From Erysipelotrichaceae bacterium (lineage in GTDB: Bacteria; Bacillota_I; Bacilli_A; Erysipelotrichales; Erysipelotrichaceae): DNA of 54,601 nucleotides. How positions within the stretch are numbered: position 1 is the stretch's first letter; each line of letters starts with the position of its first letter. Position numbers and translations under genes: made by a program. Below, in pieces: positions 46,886 through 54,601 of the stretch. Under the pieces are notes generated by a model. It was not told where the DNA came from. It saw nothing but the letters and a program-made list of their open reading frames with translations, and did not search any database. The stretch lies in assembly GCA_017612595.1 (NCBI GenBank), contig JAGAFL010000088.1, positions 1 to 54,601 of the forward strand. The letters run 5' to 3'.

Positions 46886-48906
46886 TCAGAGGTAAGGCCG
46901 TCAAGTATTTCCTGTTGCCGTTATTGATCTTCATGCTGGAAGTCATCTTCCATCTGTTCATCTTCGGCTTCACGCTCGATAAGACGATCCTGAATTATCT
47001 GCTCAGCAGCATTTTCCTGGGCTGCCTGCTTTCCTGTGTCGTTTCCCTGTTCAGGGGCAGAGGACAGAAGGTAATCATGACGCTGATCCTGATCATTCTG
47101 ATGATCATCTTCGCCGCCATCATGGTCTACTACAACATCTTCCGCACCTTCTTCATGTGGAACACCATCGGCCTGGCCGGCGATGTCACCGCCTTCTGGC
47201 GGGAAGCGCTGGCGGGCATCTGGGATTGCCGTTACATGATCCTGGCTCTGCTTCTGCCGCTGGTCATCTATCTGGTTTTCTTCCGTAAGGCGGACCTGAA
47301 GTTCAAAGTCAAGCCGTTCATCATTCAGCTGACCTGCGGTCTTTTGGCTCTGGCAATTCTGGTCACGAACATTCTGTACGACGCCGAAAGCCTCAAGACG
47401 TTCAGAAGGACGCAGGACGATGCGACCAGCACCTATCTGCGCTTCGGCGCTTTAAGCGGCAGCACCATCGACCTCTTACAGGTCGTTACCGGTTACCAGA
47501 ACAGCTATTCCGATAACCCTTATTCCGGTGACAGTACTTCATCGCTGTCGATCCCTGACGTTCAGGTGAATCAGGACAAGGTCATCTTCAAGAACGCTCT
47601 TGGCATCGACTTTGAGAAGATGATCGCCAGCACATCCAACAATACGATCAGGAACATGCACCAGTACTTCGCTTCCGTAACGGCCAGCGAGCAGAACGAA
47701 TATACCGGCATGTTTGCCGGCAAGAACCTCATCTTCCTGACCCTGGAAGGCTTCTCCTACCGGGCTGTCAGCAAGGAGCTGACGCCGAACTTCTACCGGA
47801 TGTACAGCGAAGGCTTCCAGTTCACCAACTTCTATGACTCCCAGTGGGGCGGAAGCACGGCGACCGGCGAGTATTCCAACATCACCGGCAACTTCTACAC
47901 CAACGCCTCCTGCCTTCCCAACAGCGAAGGCAAGATGATGTATACTTCCCTGGGCAACCTCTTTTTAAGAGGCGGTTACACCAATTTCGCCTATCATGAC
48001 GGCGTTTCGACCTACTACAGCCGCAATCTGGCCTATCCGGCCATGGGCTACAAGAGATACATTGCGACGGATAACGGCATGAAGCTGGAACACAGTACCT
48101 GGCCGCAGTCAGACTACGAGATGGCGGTCGCCACCGTCAAGGACTACATCAGCTGTCCGACTCCGTTCCATGTCTATTACATGACGATCTCCGGTCATAC
48201 CAACTACACCTTCAAGGGCAACGCCATGGCCCGCCGGAACAAAGACAAGGTCGCCAGCCTGCCCAACAGCGACCTGGTCAAGGGCTACATCTCCACGCAG
48301 ATCGAGGTGGATAAGATGCTGGGTTATCTGATGGAAGAACTGGAAAAGGACGGTAAGCTGCAGGATACGGTAATTGCCCTGTGCTGCGACCACTATCCCT
48401 ACGGCCTGCCCGATGAACCGCTGGCGGAACTGTACGGTCTGGAAGAAAAGAACATCAGAGCCAATTTCGAAGTCTACCGCAACTACTTCCTGTGCTGGTG
48501 CGCCTCGATGGAGAAACCGGTAGTCTGCGATGAACCGTGCACCAGCTACGACATCGCGCCGACGCTGGCCAACCTGTTCGGTCTGACCTACGATTCCCGC
48601 TTCTTCACCGGCACCGACATCCTCTCCAGCAAGGAGAACATCTGCATCATCAATACCCGGACGGCTCAGGGCGGTTCCTGGAACTGGAAGACCAGGCAGG
48701 GAACCTATTACACCGTCTCCAAGAAGTTCGTCCCTTCGGACGAGTGCACGATGAGCCAGGAAGAGATCGATGCCTATGTCAAGATGATCAACAGCAAGGT
48801 TGAGAGCATGAAGAAGTATTCTCTGGCCGTGCTGGATCAGGACTACTACAAATACGTCTTCAACAGCGACGGTACCCCCAAGTATCCGCTGAATACGGAA
48901 GAATAA
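46882..48906 (+). CDS. LtaS-family (sulfatase-like) polytopic membrane transferase
   Basis: An N-terminal block of about 5 TM helices, then an extracellular sulfatase-fold domain (IFLTLEGFS..., GGSTATGEYSNITG resembling the LtaS catalytic Thr region, and CCDHYPYG). It has an ATGA overlap with the lipoprotein gene. Confidence 0.8.
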   Translation: MIRGKAVKYFLLPLLIFMLEVIFHLFIFGFTLDKTILNYLLSSIFLGCLLSCVVSLFRGRGQKVIMTLILIILMIIFAAIMVYYNIFRTFFMWNTIGLAGDVTAFWREALAGIWDCRYMILALLLPLVIYLVFFRKADLKFKVKPFIIQLTCGLLALAILVTNILYDAESLKTFRRTQDDATSTYLRFGALSGSTIDLLQVVTGYQNSYSDNPYSGDSTSSLSIPDVQVNQDKVIFKNALGIDFEKMIASTSNNTIRNMHQYFASVTASEQNEYTGMFAGKNLIFLTLEGFSYRAVSKELTPNFYRMYSEGFQFTNFYDSQWGGSTATGEYSNITGNFYTNASCLPNSEGKMMYTSLGNLFLRGGYTNFAYHDGVSTYYSRNLAYPAMGYKRYIATDNGMKLEHSTWPQSDYEMAVATVKDYISCPTPFHVYYMTISGHTNYTFKGNAMARRNKDKVASLPNSDLVKGYISTQIEVDKMLGYLMEELEKDGKLQDTVIALCCDHYPYGLPDEPLAELYGLEEKNIRANFEVYRNYFLCWCASMEKPVVCDEPCTSYDIAPTLANLFGLTYDSRFFTGTDILSSKENICIINTRTAQGGSWNWKTRQGTYYTVSKKFVPSDECTMSQEEIDAYVKMINSKVESMKKYSLAVLDQDYYKYVFNSDGTPKYPLNTEE

Positions 48907-48914
48907 AAAACAAA

Positions 48915-48947
48915 GAAGGCTGCTCCTTGAAGAGCAGCCTTCTTTTC
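48915..48947. terminator. Bidirectional terminator
   Basis: GAAGGCTGCTC, CTTGAA loop, GAGCAGCCTTC, followed by TTTT, between convergent genes. Confidence 0.8.
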
Positions 48948-48955
48948 CAAGCAGT

Positions 48956-49657
48956 TCAGATGAACAGTTTCTTCTGCAGCCAGGAGGATATCCGGCGGCT
49001 GCGGGAGAACAGCATGGAGGCAACACCGACCGTAAGCAGGGGAACGGAAGGCCAATAGGCCCAGGTTGCCCGGAACTTCCCGGTCAGATAATGGGTAATG
49101 AAGATGTTGATCAGAAACAGGAAGACGGAAAGGGCAAAGCTGAGGGATCCGAAGGTCATGAGCTTGCGGTATTCGCCTTCGATCAGTATGCGGACGATGA
49201 CGTAGAGCAGCGCTCCCGACAGCAGGGTCAGCGGCAGTCCCAGGGGAAGGAACCATTTCATTCTGAACACCAGGTTGATCAGCAGCACGTACAGCGCTAC
49301 GGCCAGAGTATCAAAGATAATGCAGACAGAGGGACGGGAGAAACTGAAGCGGAAGGGAACGAGAATGAAGACCCACAGCACGATTTCCCCGCCCAGCACC
49401 AGCAACGACCAGCTGAGTGAATGGTTCAGACAGAAGTCGACGATGGCGGTGATAAGGAAGGGAATCAGGCACAGTCCGGTGATCAGGGAGAACAGGAAAT
49501 GACGGTTGATCTTACGGTCGGTGGTCTCCAGATAGTCCTCAAAACGGGGCAGATCGGTCTGCTCAGTTCCGTTAGGATCACTAACCGGCGTGCCGCAGAG
49601 CGGACAGACGGTTTCGTAGGAGGCCAGCTTGACCCCGCAGTGTACGCAGTATGACAT
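48956..49657 (-). CDS. Zinc-ribbon membrane protein
   Basis: An N-terminal CxxC...CxxC (MSYCVHCG...VCPLCG) followed by about 6 TM helices. Confidence 0.65.
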   Translation of the reverse strand: MSYCVHCGVKLASYETVCPLCGTPVSDPNGTEQTDLPRFEDYLETTDRKINRHFLFSLITGLCLIPFLITAIVDFCLNHSLSWSLLVLGGEIVLWVFILVPFRFSFSRPSVCIIFDTLAVALYVLLINLVFRMKWFLPLGLPLTLLSGALLYVIVRILIEGEYRKLMTFGSLSFALSVFLFLINIFITHYLTGKFRATWAYWPSVPLLTVGVASMLFSRSRRISSWLQKKLFI

Positions 49658-49659
49658 GA

Positions 49660-50931
49660 TTAATCCCTCCCGTTGCTTTCGATGAATACTTCGGCACCCA
49701 GTTCAACCAGAGTGGAGAAGAAGACTCTCTCCAGTTCGGTCTGGCGGATGTTCCGGGTGAAGTTGAAGATGCAGCGGCCGTTATAGCTGATGCATCCCAG
49801 CATCGAGCGGCCCAGGAAGGCCCGCCCGAGCATGAAGTCCAGACGCTTTATCCGGCTGCCGGTCTCTTCAGGCAGAGTTATGTTGCCGAGGTTGGAAATG
49901 GTAGAACAGTACAGCAGGTCGCCGGCCGTAAAGTAGGCGATGAACAGAGCCGGTATCTTCAGAAACAGCGGCGTTATGCGTAGCAGCGGATGGCGCTCAG
50001 CGGCGACATTGAAGGAGAACTTGGCCAGCTGCTGTTTTTCCGTGACATAGATGCCCAGGTAGTTTTTGGTGAAGTCAACGACTTCCTTCAGGCTGTAGTC
50101 CCCCAGGGAGCCGTAAAGGCCGGGATTGACGAAGGCGGAGAAATTCCGCAGGGTTCTGCTGGGGAAGAAACGGCGCAGGTTGACCGGAACGGAGATCTTT
50201 ACCATTCTTTTCCTCTGGCGGCTGCGGTGGTCCATCTTCTGTAGCTGCAGAGCGGAATACAGCAGCAGGGCAGCGCAGAAGGTGCCGACAGGGACGTCAA
50301 AGCCATGGGCGATCTCCCGGAGCTTTTCGGAATCGACGCTGCCGGAAATGATCATTGTCTTATTGAAGTCAGTGCGGGTATGCCAGTACTGATAGGACTT
50401 CTTTTCGCTGATGCCGATGGTCTTTTCCCGGAAGTAACGCCTGAAGGCGTCCTCATATTCTTCCGCCACCGGTTCCTCATCGCAGCTGAGAATGTATTTC
50501 CCCGGCTGTACCCTGTCTCCGTATCTGATATGCAGGTATTCGCTGATCAGCGTCATCAGGAAGGTCATGCCTCCGGTGCCGTCGGTCAGGGAATGGAAGA
50601 ACTCCACGGCGATGCGGTTGCGGTAATACAGCAGCCGGTACATGAAGCGGTTGTTCTTGCGGAAATTGATTCTCTGCAGGGGATTGTTGATGTCTTCACT
50701 GATCGGCGGCTGGCCGTCAATGTGCTCCAGATAGAACCAGAAAAGGCCATAACGCAGGGTCGTGGCAAAGGAAGGCATTCTCTTCAGCACTCTTTCCTGG
50801 GCCTGCTTCAGGATCTCCGGATCGACATCTTCAGTCAGGTCGGCGGAAAGCCTGAACATGGCTGCCCACTGGCTGTTAAGGACCGGCGGGTAGATCTGAG
50901 CAGCATTATCCAGCTTGAACCAGTTAGGCAT
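49660..50931 (-). CDS. HxxxD(G)-motif acyltransferase (condensation / alcohol-acetyltransferase-like fold)
   Basis: EFFHSLTDGTGG matches the HHxxxDG acyl-transfer signature. It is 423 aa and lies 2 nt upstream of the zinc-ribbon membrane protein gene. Confidence 0.6.
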   Translation of the reverse strand: MPNWFKLDNAAQIYPPVLNSQWAAMFRLSADLTEDVDPEILKQAQERVLKRMPSFATTLRYGLFWFYLEHIDGQPPISEDINNPLQRINFRKNNRFMYRLLYYRNRIAVEFFHSLTDGTGGMTFLMTLISEYLHIRYGDRVQPGKYILSCDEEPVAEEYEDAFRRYFREKTIGISEKKSYQYWHTRTDFNKTMIISGSVDSEKLREIAHGFDVPVGTFCAALLLYSALQLQKMDHRSRQRKRMVKISVPVNLRRFFPSRTLRNFSAFVNPGLYGSLGDYSLKEVVDFTKNYLGIYVTEKQQLAKFSFNVAAERHPLLRITPLFLKIPALFIAYFTAGDLLYCSTISNLGNITLPEETGSRIKRLDFMLGRAFLGRSMLGCISYNGRCIFNFTRNIRQTELERVFFSTLVELGAEVFIESNGRD

Positions 50932-50964
50932 TGATTCACCTCGATAAGATTATAGCATGACCTC

Positions 50965-52338
50965 TTACAGATAGCGGTCCATCATGTCGTCAAGGTATTC
51001 CTTGATCTCGCCGCGGCGGTAGGAGATCATCTCACCTGTCCGGCGGATCTCCCTGGCGGTCTTTTCCAGCCTGCGGACGAACTCCTGACGGTTCTGCTTG
51101 GCCTTGCTGATGGACTGGGAAATGTCAGCCCACATGCCGAAGAAACTGTCAGAGATATCCAGCGGATTGCGGGGCTGGTATTCATATTTCTCAACTACGA
51201 CCTTGTAGCGTTCATAGGCATGCTCAACAGCTTCCTTCCAGGACATGTAAAGCTGTTTCTGGGCATTTTTGCCGATGCGGTGGAAATAGTCGGTATTGTT
51301 GCCGGCCTGGATCAGTATCTTGGCCAGGCTTTCGGCGTTTTCTTCGATCTGGATGGTGTTGACGCCGTCCAGGGTATCCTCGGCGGCGCAGCTGTTGCGG
51401 ATCAGCACGCTGCCCAGACCGGCTGCGGCCGCTTCCCTGACGACGATGCCGTTGGTATCGAAGGTCGAGGGGAACAGAAACAGATCGGAAGCCGAGAAGG
51501 CGGTCTTCAGCAGCTTGCGGTCGGAAATGGAGCCGGTAAAGATGCATTCAGCAGTCAGATCCTTCTCTTCAATGTACTGCTGAATCTCCCGGCGGTCGAC
51601 GCCGTCACCGATGAACAGCATGTGGAAACCGATGCCGTGTTTCTTCAGTTCGCTGAGAGCGTCGACGATGATCCTGATGCCCTTGTACCACATCATGCGG
51701 CCGACAAACAGATAGATGGGCTTGCCGTCGTTGAGGCCGCGCTCGCTGCGGAAGGCCTCCACGGCTTTCTTGCTGCTGGCGCCCTTGGTGAAGTCAACGC
51801 CGTTATGCATGACGATGTAGTCGCCCTTGTAGCCCAGGGACTTCAGGTTTTCCCCGGCGCCGTGGGAAACGGCCCAGACCTCGTCAACTCCCTGAATGTT
51901 GCTGACGAGGGCATTGATGGCGACTTCCTGAAGCAGCTTGGAATCGATGGCCTTGCGGATGTCGATGTCAAACTTGGTATGGTAGGTAAGGACGATCGGA
52001 CTCTTGGTCTGTTCCCGTAATATGCGGGCCAGATAGGTTGAGGTTATCGGGCAGTGGGAGTGAATGATGTCTATGTTGCGTTCGTTAAACTGCGTAAGAT
52101 AAGGCGGATTAAAGGGAATGCCGGTACGGTAACCGACCGCCTTGGTCGTGTCGATTGACGGATAGCGCAGGACCTGGAAATCATAGTTGTCCTGGACGCC
52201 CGGGAGTTCCGGGGTGGCAACGACGGCGCTTCCCAGCTCTTTCTGAATGATGGAGGCATAATTGAACACCGCATTGGCGACGCCGTCAATCAGAGGAGGG
52301 AAGGAATCGTTGATAAGGCAGACATCAAGTTTTTCCAT
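50965..52338 (-). CDS. GT4-family (GT-B) glycosyltransferase with a C-terminal extension of about 90 aa
   Basis: I chose Met 52338, after GAGGGTGG. The N-terminal INDSFPPLIDGVANAV and the central LFVGRMMWYKGI...FPSTFDTNGIVVREAAAAG (EX7E-like region) are typical of GT4 enzymes. Confidence 0.8.
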   Translation of the reverse strand: MEKLDVCLINDSFPPLIDGVANAVFNYASIIQKELGSAVVATPELPGVQDNYDFQVLRYPSIDTTKAVGYRTGIPFNPPYLTQFNERNIDIIHSHCPITSTYLARILREQTKSPIVLTYHTKFDIDIRKAIDSKLLQEVAINALVSNIQGVDEVWAVSHGAGENLKSLGYKGDYIVMHNGVDFTKGASSKKAVEAFRSERGLNDGKPIYLFVGRMMWYKGIRIIVDALSELKKHGIGFHMLFIGDGVDRREIQQYIEEKDLTAECIFTGSISDRKLLKTAFSASDLFLFPSTFDTNGIVVREAAAAGLGSVLIRNSCAAEDTLDGVNTIQIEENAESLAKILIQAGNNTDYFHRIGKNAQKQLYMSWKEAVEHAYERYKVVVEKYEYQPRNPLDISDSFFGMWADISQSISKAKQNRQEFVRRLEKTAREIRRTGEMISYRRGEIKEYLDDMMDRYL

Positions 52339-52483
52339 AATATCACCACCCTCATTATATATTGTTGACACCGAAAGACAACTTGCCGGGGGAATGAACG
52401 CGGTTACATTGCCTCTGAAGGCGGCAATATTGCCAAAAAGCCGGCCATAACCGATAATTTAAGTGAGAAGAGAGGTAATCATC

Positions 52484-52924
52484 ATGGAATTCCGCTTTCT
52501 GAAGGAAAACGATCAGGACGTGCTGATCAGGCTGACCGAAACCTTCCGCCATCAGCAGATCAGCCGGGAAAAGGCGTCCGACATTCTGAGCAACAGGAAG
52601 ATACTGGTAGCCGCAGCCCTGCAGGAACAGGAAGTCGCCGGCTATACGCTGGCTTACCTTCTGCCGCGGCTGGATAACGGCAGAGACATGATGATGATCT
52701 ATCATCTCTTTGTCCAGGAACAGTTCCAGCGTCAGGGCATCGCGACCCGGCTGATGGAGATGCTGCTGGAGTATTCAAAGGAATACGAGATCCATTACAC
52801 CTGCCTGATCACCCAGCAGGATAACGAAAAGGCCATTGCCCTGTATAAGAAACTGGGCGGAACGATCCATCCAACTAATAATACAGTATTCTACTGGTAC
52901 GGCAGCGGACAGCCGCAGATATGA
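52484..52924 (+). CDS. GNAT-family N-acetyltransferase
   Basis: I chose ATG 52484, after AGAGAGG. LFVQEQFQRQGIATRLM is an acetyl-CoA binding Q/RxxGxG/A-like motif. Confidence 0.8.
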   Translation: MEFRFLKENDQDVLIRLTETFRHQQISREKASDILSNRKILVAAALQEQEVAGYTLAYLLPRLDNGRDMMMIYHLFVQEQFQRQGIATRLMEMLLEYSKEYEIHYTCLITQQDNEKAIALYKKLGGTIHPTNNTVFYWYGSGQPQI

Positions 52925-52935
52925 AAGCATAAGGC

Positions 52936-52975
52936 AAAAAGAAAATCGATCTGCATGCAGATCGATTTTTCTTTT
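52936..52975. terminator. Bidirectional terminator
   Basis: AAAATCGATCTGCA/TGCAGATCGATTTT palindrome flanked by an A-run and a T-run. Confidence 0.8.
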
Positions 52976-52977
52976 CC

Positions 52978-54408
52978 CTAATTCAGTTTACGTAAAGTGA
53001 AATCGTCGAACATCAAACAGCCGTCGCCGAACTTCACCTTCAGCATGCCGCGCTTTCTTCCAAACTCATTTTCAGACAGAGGATAGAGCCGGAAGGACGT
53101 TTCGTCACCGTCAATCAGCGCATTGGCATAAAGTTCGTCTTCTTTCAGATAGACTTCATCGATGATGAAATCATCTTCTTCAGGATGCTCGTATTTTCCG
53201 CAGAATCCTTCCCATTTGGACTTGTCAGGATCCTTTACAGCAATGTCCTCTATGGATACTACCGGATCGGGTTCTTCATCACGGGCAATCGCCCGTAAAC
53301 CATCCCAGAAGGTTCCGAAGGCTCTGAGGTCCTGATAATCGCGGCAGCTGAAGATTATAAGCACTCTGTCCTCATCAACGTAATGTTCGAAAAAGGTTTC
53401 CAGACCGGGCATGCCGCCGGAGTGGCTGACGATCAGACCGTGATCATCGTCATTTTCAATGCACCAGCCGAAGCCGTAGCCTTCATCGTCTTCATCAATG
53501 TATTCCTCACCGCTGTTCAGCTTCACGGGCGTGAACATTTCCATCTGCTCGTCATGAGTGAGCACCTTTTCTTCTCTCAGGGCTCTGTCCCAGGCCAGCA
53601 TGTCGAAGATGGTGGTGTACAGATAGTCACAGCCGTTGAGACCGTCCGAACCTACCACATAAGGGGCACTCTCTTCGGAAACATCGGAAGGAGCGTAGCT
53701 GCCGTCAGCTTCCAGCACCATGTTACGGGCAATGTAATCGGAAGGTCTGCCGTCCCTGCGTGTATGCAAGATGGCGGAAGCCTTCATACCGGCAGGCTCA
53801 AGGACATTCTTTTTCAGGAACTCTTCAAAGCTGACACCGGAGAGCTTTTCCACCAGATTGGCAAGCAGGCAGTAGCCGATGTCGGTATACCGGAACGTTT
53901 CTCCGGGAGCGTGGGAGGCTTTTTCGCCGCTTTCCCGGATGAAGCTGAGGATCTCGCTGCAGAGCGGGATCCGATGTTCGTCTTCCCATGCCGGACAAAC
54001 CCAGTTTTCCGTTTCAAAGTCGTCGGGCATTCCGCTGGTATGAGTCAGCAGATGGCGGACCGTAACGCCCGGGTAAGGATAATCGGGGAAGTATCTGACG
54101 TACTCGTCGTCAAGGTTAAGCTTGCCCTCTCTGACCAGCAGCATGATAGCTGTTGCCGTAAACATCTTGGTGATCGAGGCCATCTCGAAGATGGTGTCTT
54201 CCTGCATGGGAAGCTTATTCTCGGCGTCACGGAAGCCATAAGCCCCTTTCGAAACTATCTCACCGTTTTCGGCATATAACCAGACCCCGTTGAAAGCTCC
54301 CTTTTCATGGGCCTTACGGGCAAAGTTTTCCATTAATGATTTCTTATCCATGTGAATACGTGCAGTCTCATTGGACCGCTTTCCTTTCTTATTAGTTGCA
54401 TTGACCAT
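52978..54408 (-). CDS. Serine hydrolase of the beta-lactamase / PBP4*-like family
   Basis: The SITKMF SxxK motif and a class C-like fold pattern (YTDIGY). The start is uncertain: 54408 or Met 54351. Confidence 0.8.
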   Translation of the reverse strand: MVNATNKKGKRSNETARIHMDKKSLMENFARKAHEKGAFNGVWLYAENGEIVSKGAYGFRDAENKLPMQEDTIFEMASITKMFTATAIMLLVREGKLNLDDEYVRYFPDYPYPGVTVRHLLTHTSGMPDDFETENWVCPAWEDEHRIPLCSEILSFIRESGEKASHAPGETFRYTDIGYCLLANLVEKLSGVSFEEFLKKNVLEPAGMKASAILHTRRDGRPSDYIARNMVLEADGSYAPSDVSEESAPYVVGSDGLNGCDYLYTTIFDMLAWDRALREEKVLTHDEQMEMFTPVKLNSGEEYIDEDDEGYGFGWCIENDDDHGLIVSHSGGMPGLETFFEHYVDEDRVLIIFSCRDYQDLRAFGTFWDGLRAIARDEEPDPVVSIEDIAVKDPDKSKWEGFCGKYEHPEEDDFIIDEVYLKEDELYANALIDGDETSFRLYPLSENEFGRKRGMLKVKFGDGCLMFDDFTLRKLN

Positions 54409-54437
54409 TTACATTATACATTCATTTCTCCTGACGG

Positions 54438-54467
54438 GAAAAAGAAAAAGGCCTGCTGAGGCAGGCC
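54438..54467 (-). terminator. Rho-independent terminator (minus strand)
   Basis: On the minus strand, GGCCTGC, CTCA loop, GCAGGCC, followed by TTTTTCTTTTT. Confidence 0.7.
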
Positions 54468-54478
54468 GTGATGAGAGT

Positions 54479-54601
54479 TCAGAGAGTAAGTTTGTTCATG
54501 ACGCTGCGGACGACCTTGGGGTCAAACTTGACGACTCTGCGGTCATAGGTGACCAGGCCGTTGACCTCATCCTCAACGTCGGAAAGCTGCGTGTAAATGA
54601 C
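54479..54601 (-). CDS. 3' end of an unidentified minus-strand gene, truncated by the window edge
   Basis: An open frame reads ...VIYTQLSDVEDEVNGLVTYDRRVVKFDPKVVRSVMNKLTL-stop (TGA, plus-strand 54479-54481), with a terminator just downstream. It is too short to identify. Confidence 0.4.
   Translation of the reverse strand, partial: VIYTQLSDVEDEVNGLVTYDRRVVKFDPKVVRSVMNKLTL

Noticed and set aside
52339-52483. Hairpin and promoter-like elements in the GT4/GNAT divergent intergenic region (TTGACA at about 52353, and the ATTGCC...GGCAAT stem)
   Set aside because: The -35-like hexamer has no matching -10 at the proper spacing and the stem is weak. There is not enough to call a regulatory element.

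Overview
Origin-proximal chromosomal segment of a Bacillota (Firmicutes)-type genome at roughly 50% GC. It is almost entirely housekeeping genes in the classic order yaaA-recF-gyrB-gyrA, serS (T-box controlled), tadA-dnaX-recR, nadK, mutS-mutL-miaA-tcdA, pth-mfd-yabO-divIC, tilS-hpt-ftsH-hslO-dusB, and ppiB-smpB-secG on the minus strand. The sporulation genes that sit in the B. subtilis mfd-divIC interval (spoVT, yabP, yabQ) are absent, which fits a non-spore-former. I found no transposase, integrase, CRISPR array, tRNA or rRNA gene. Non-coding elements readable from the sequence are a Ser T-box leader, a small 4.5S-type SRP RNA upstream of tadA, an FMN riboswitch in front of ribU plus a stand-alone riboflavin kinase, two tandem CIRCE operators over the hsp20 promoter, and many rho-independent terminators. 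No clear novel multi-gene system is visible. The most unusual points are listed here.
- An in-frame TAA lies inside the GxGxxG motif of the middle gene of a GlpA-like oxidoreductase trio.
- Three CACGTG-centred palindromes sit next to the SRP RNA promoter.
- A PTS EIICB-like protein has lost both the GITE glutamate and the EIIB cysteine.
- An orphan MazF/PemK-like protein carries an acidic N-terminal extension.
- An uncharacterised 303-aa protein follows recR, and its N-terminus resembles domains I recall fused to HNH nucleases.
- A CAT/E2-like acyltransferase has Glu in place of the catalytic His.
- A lipid/LTA-related gene neighbourhood spans about 45.2-52.3 kb.
All functional calls rest on motif recognition by eye. 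No searches were run.
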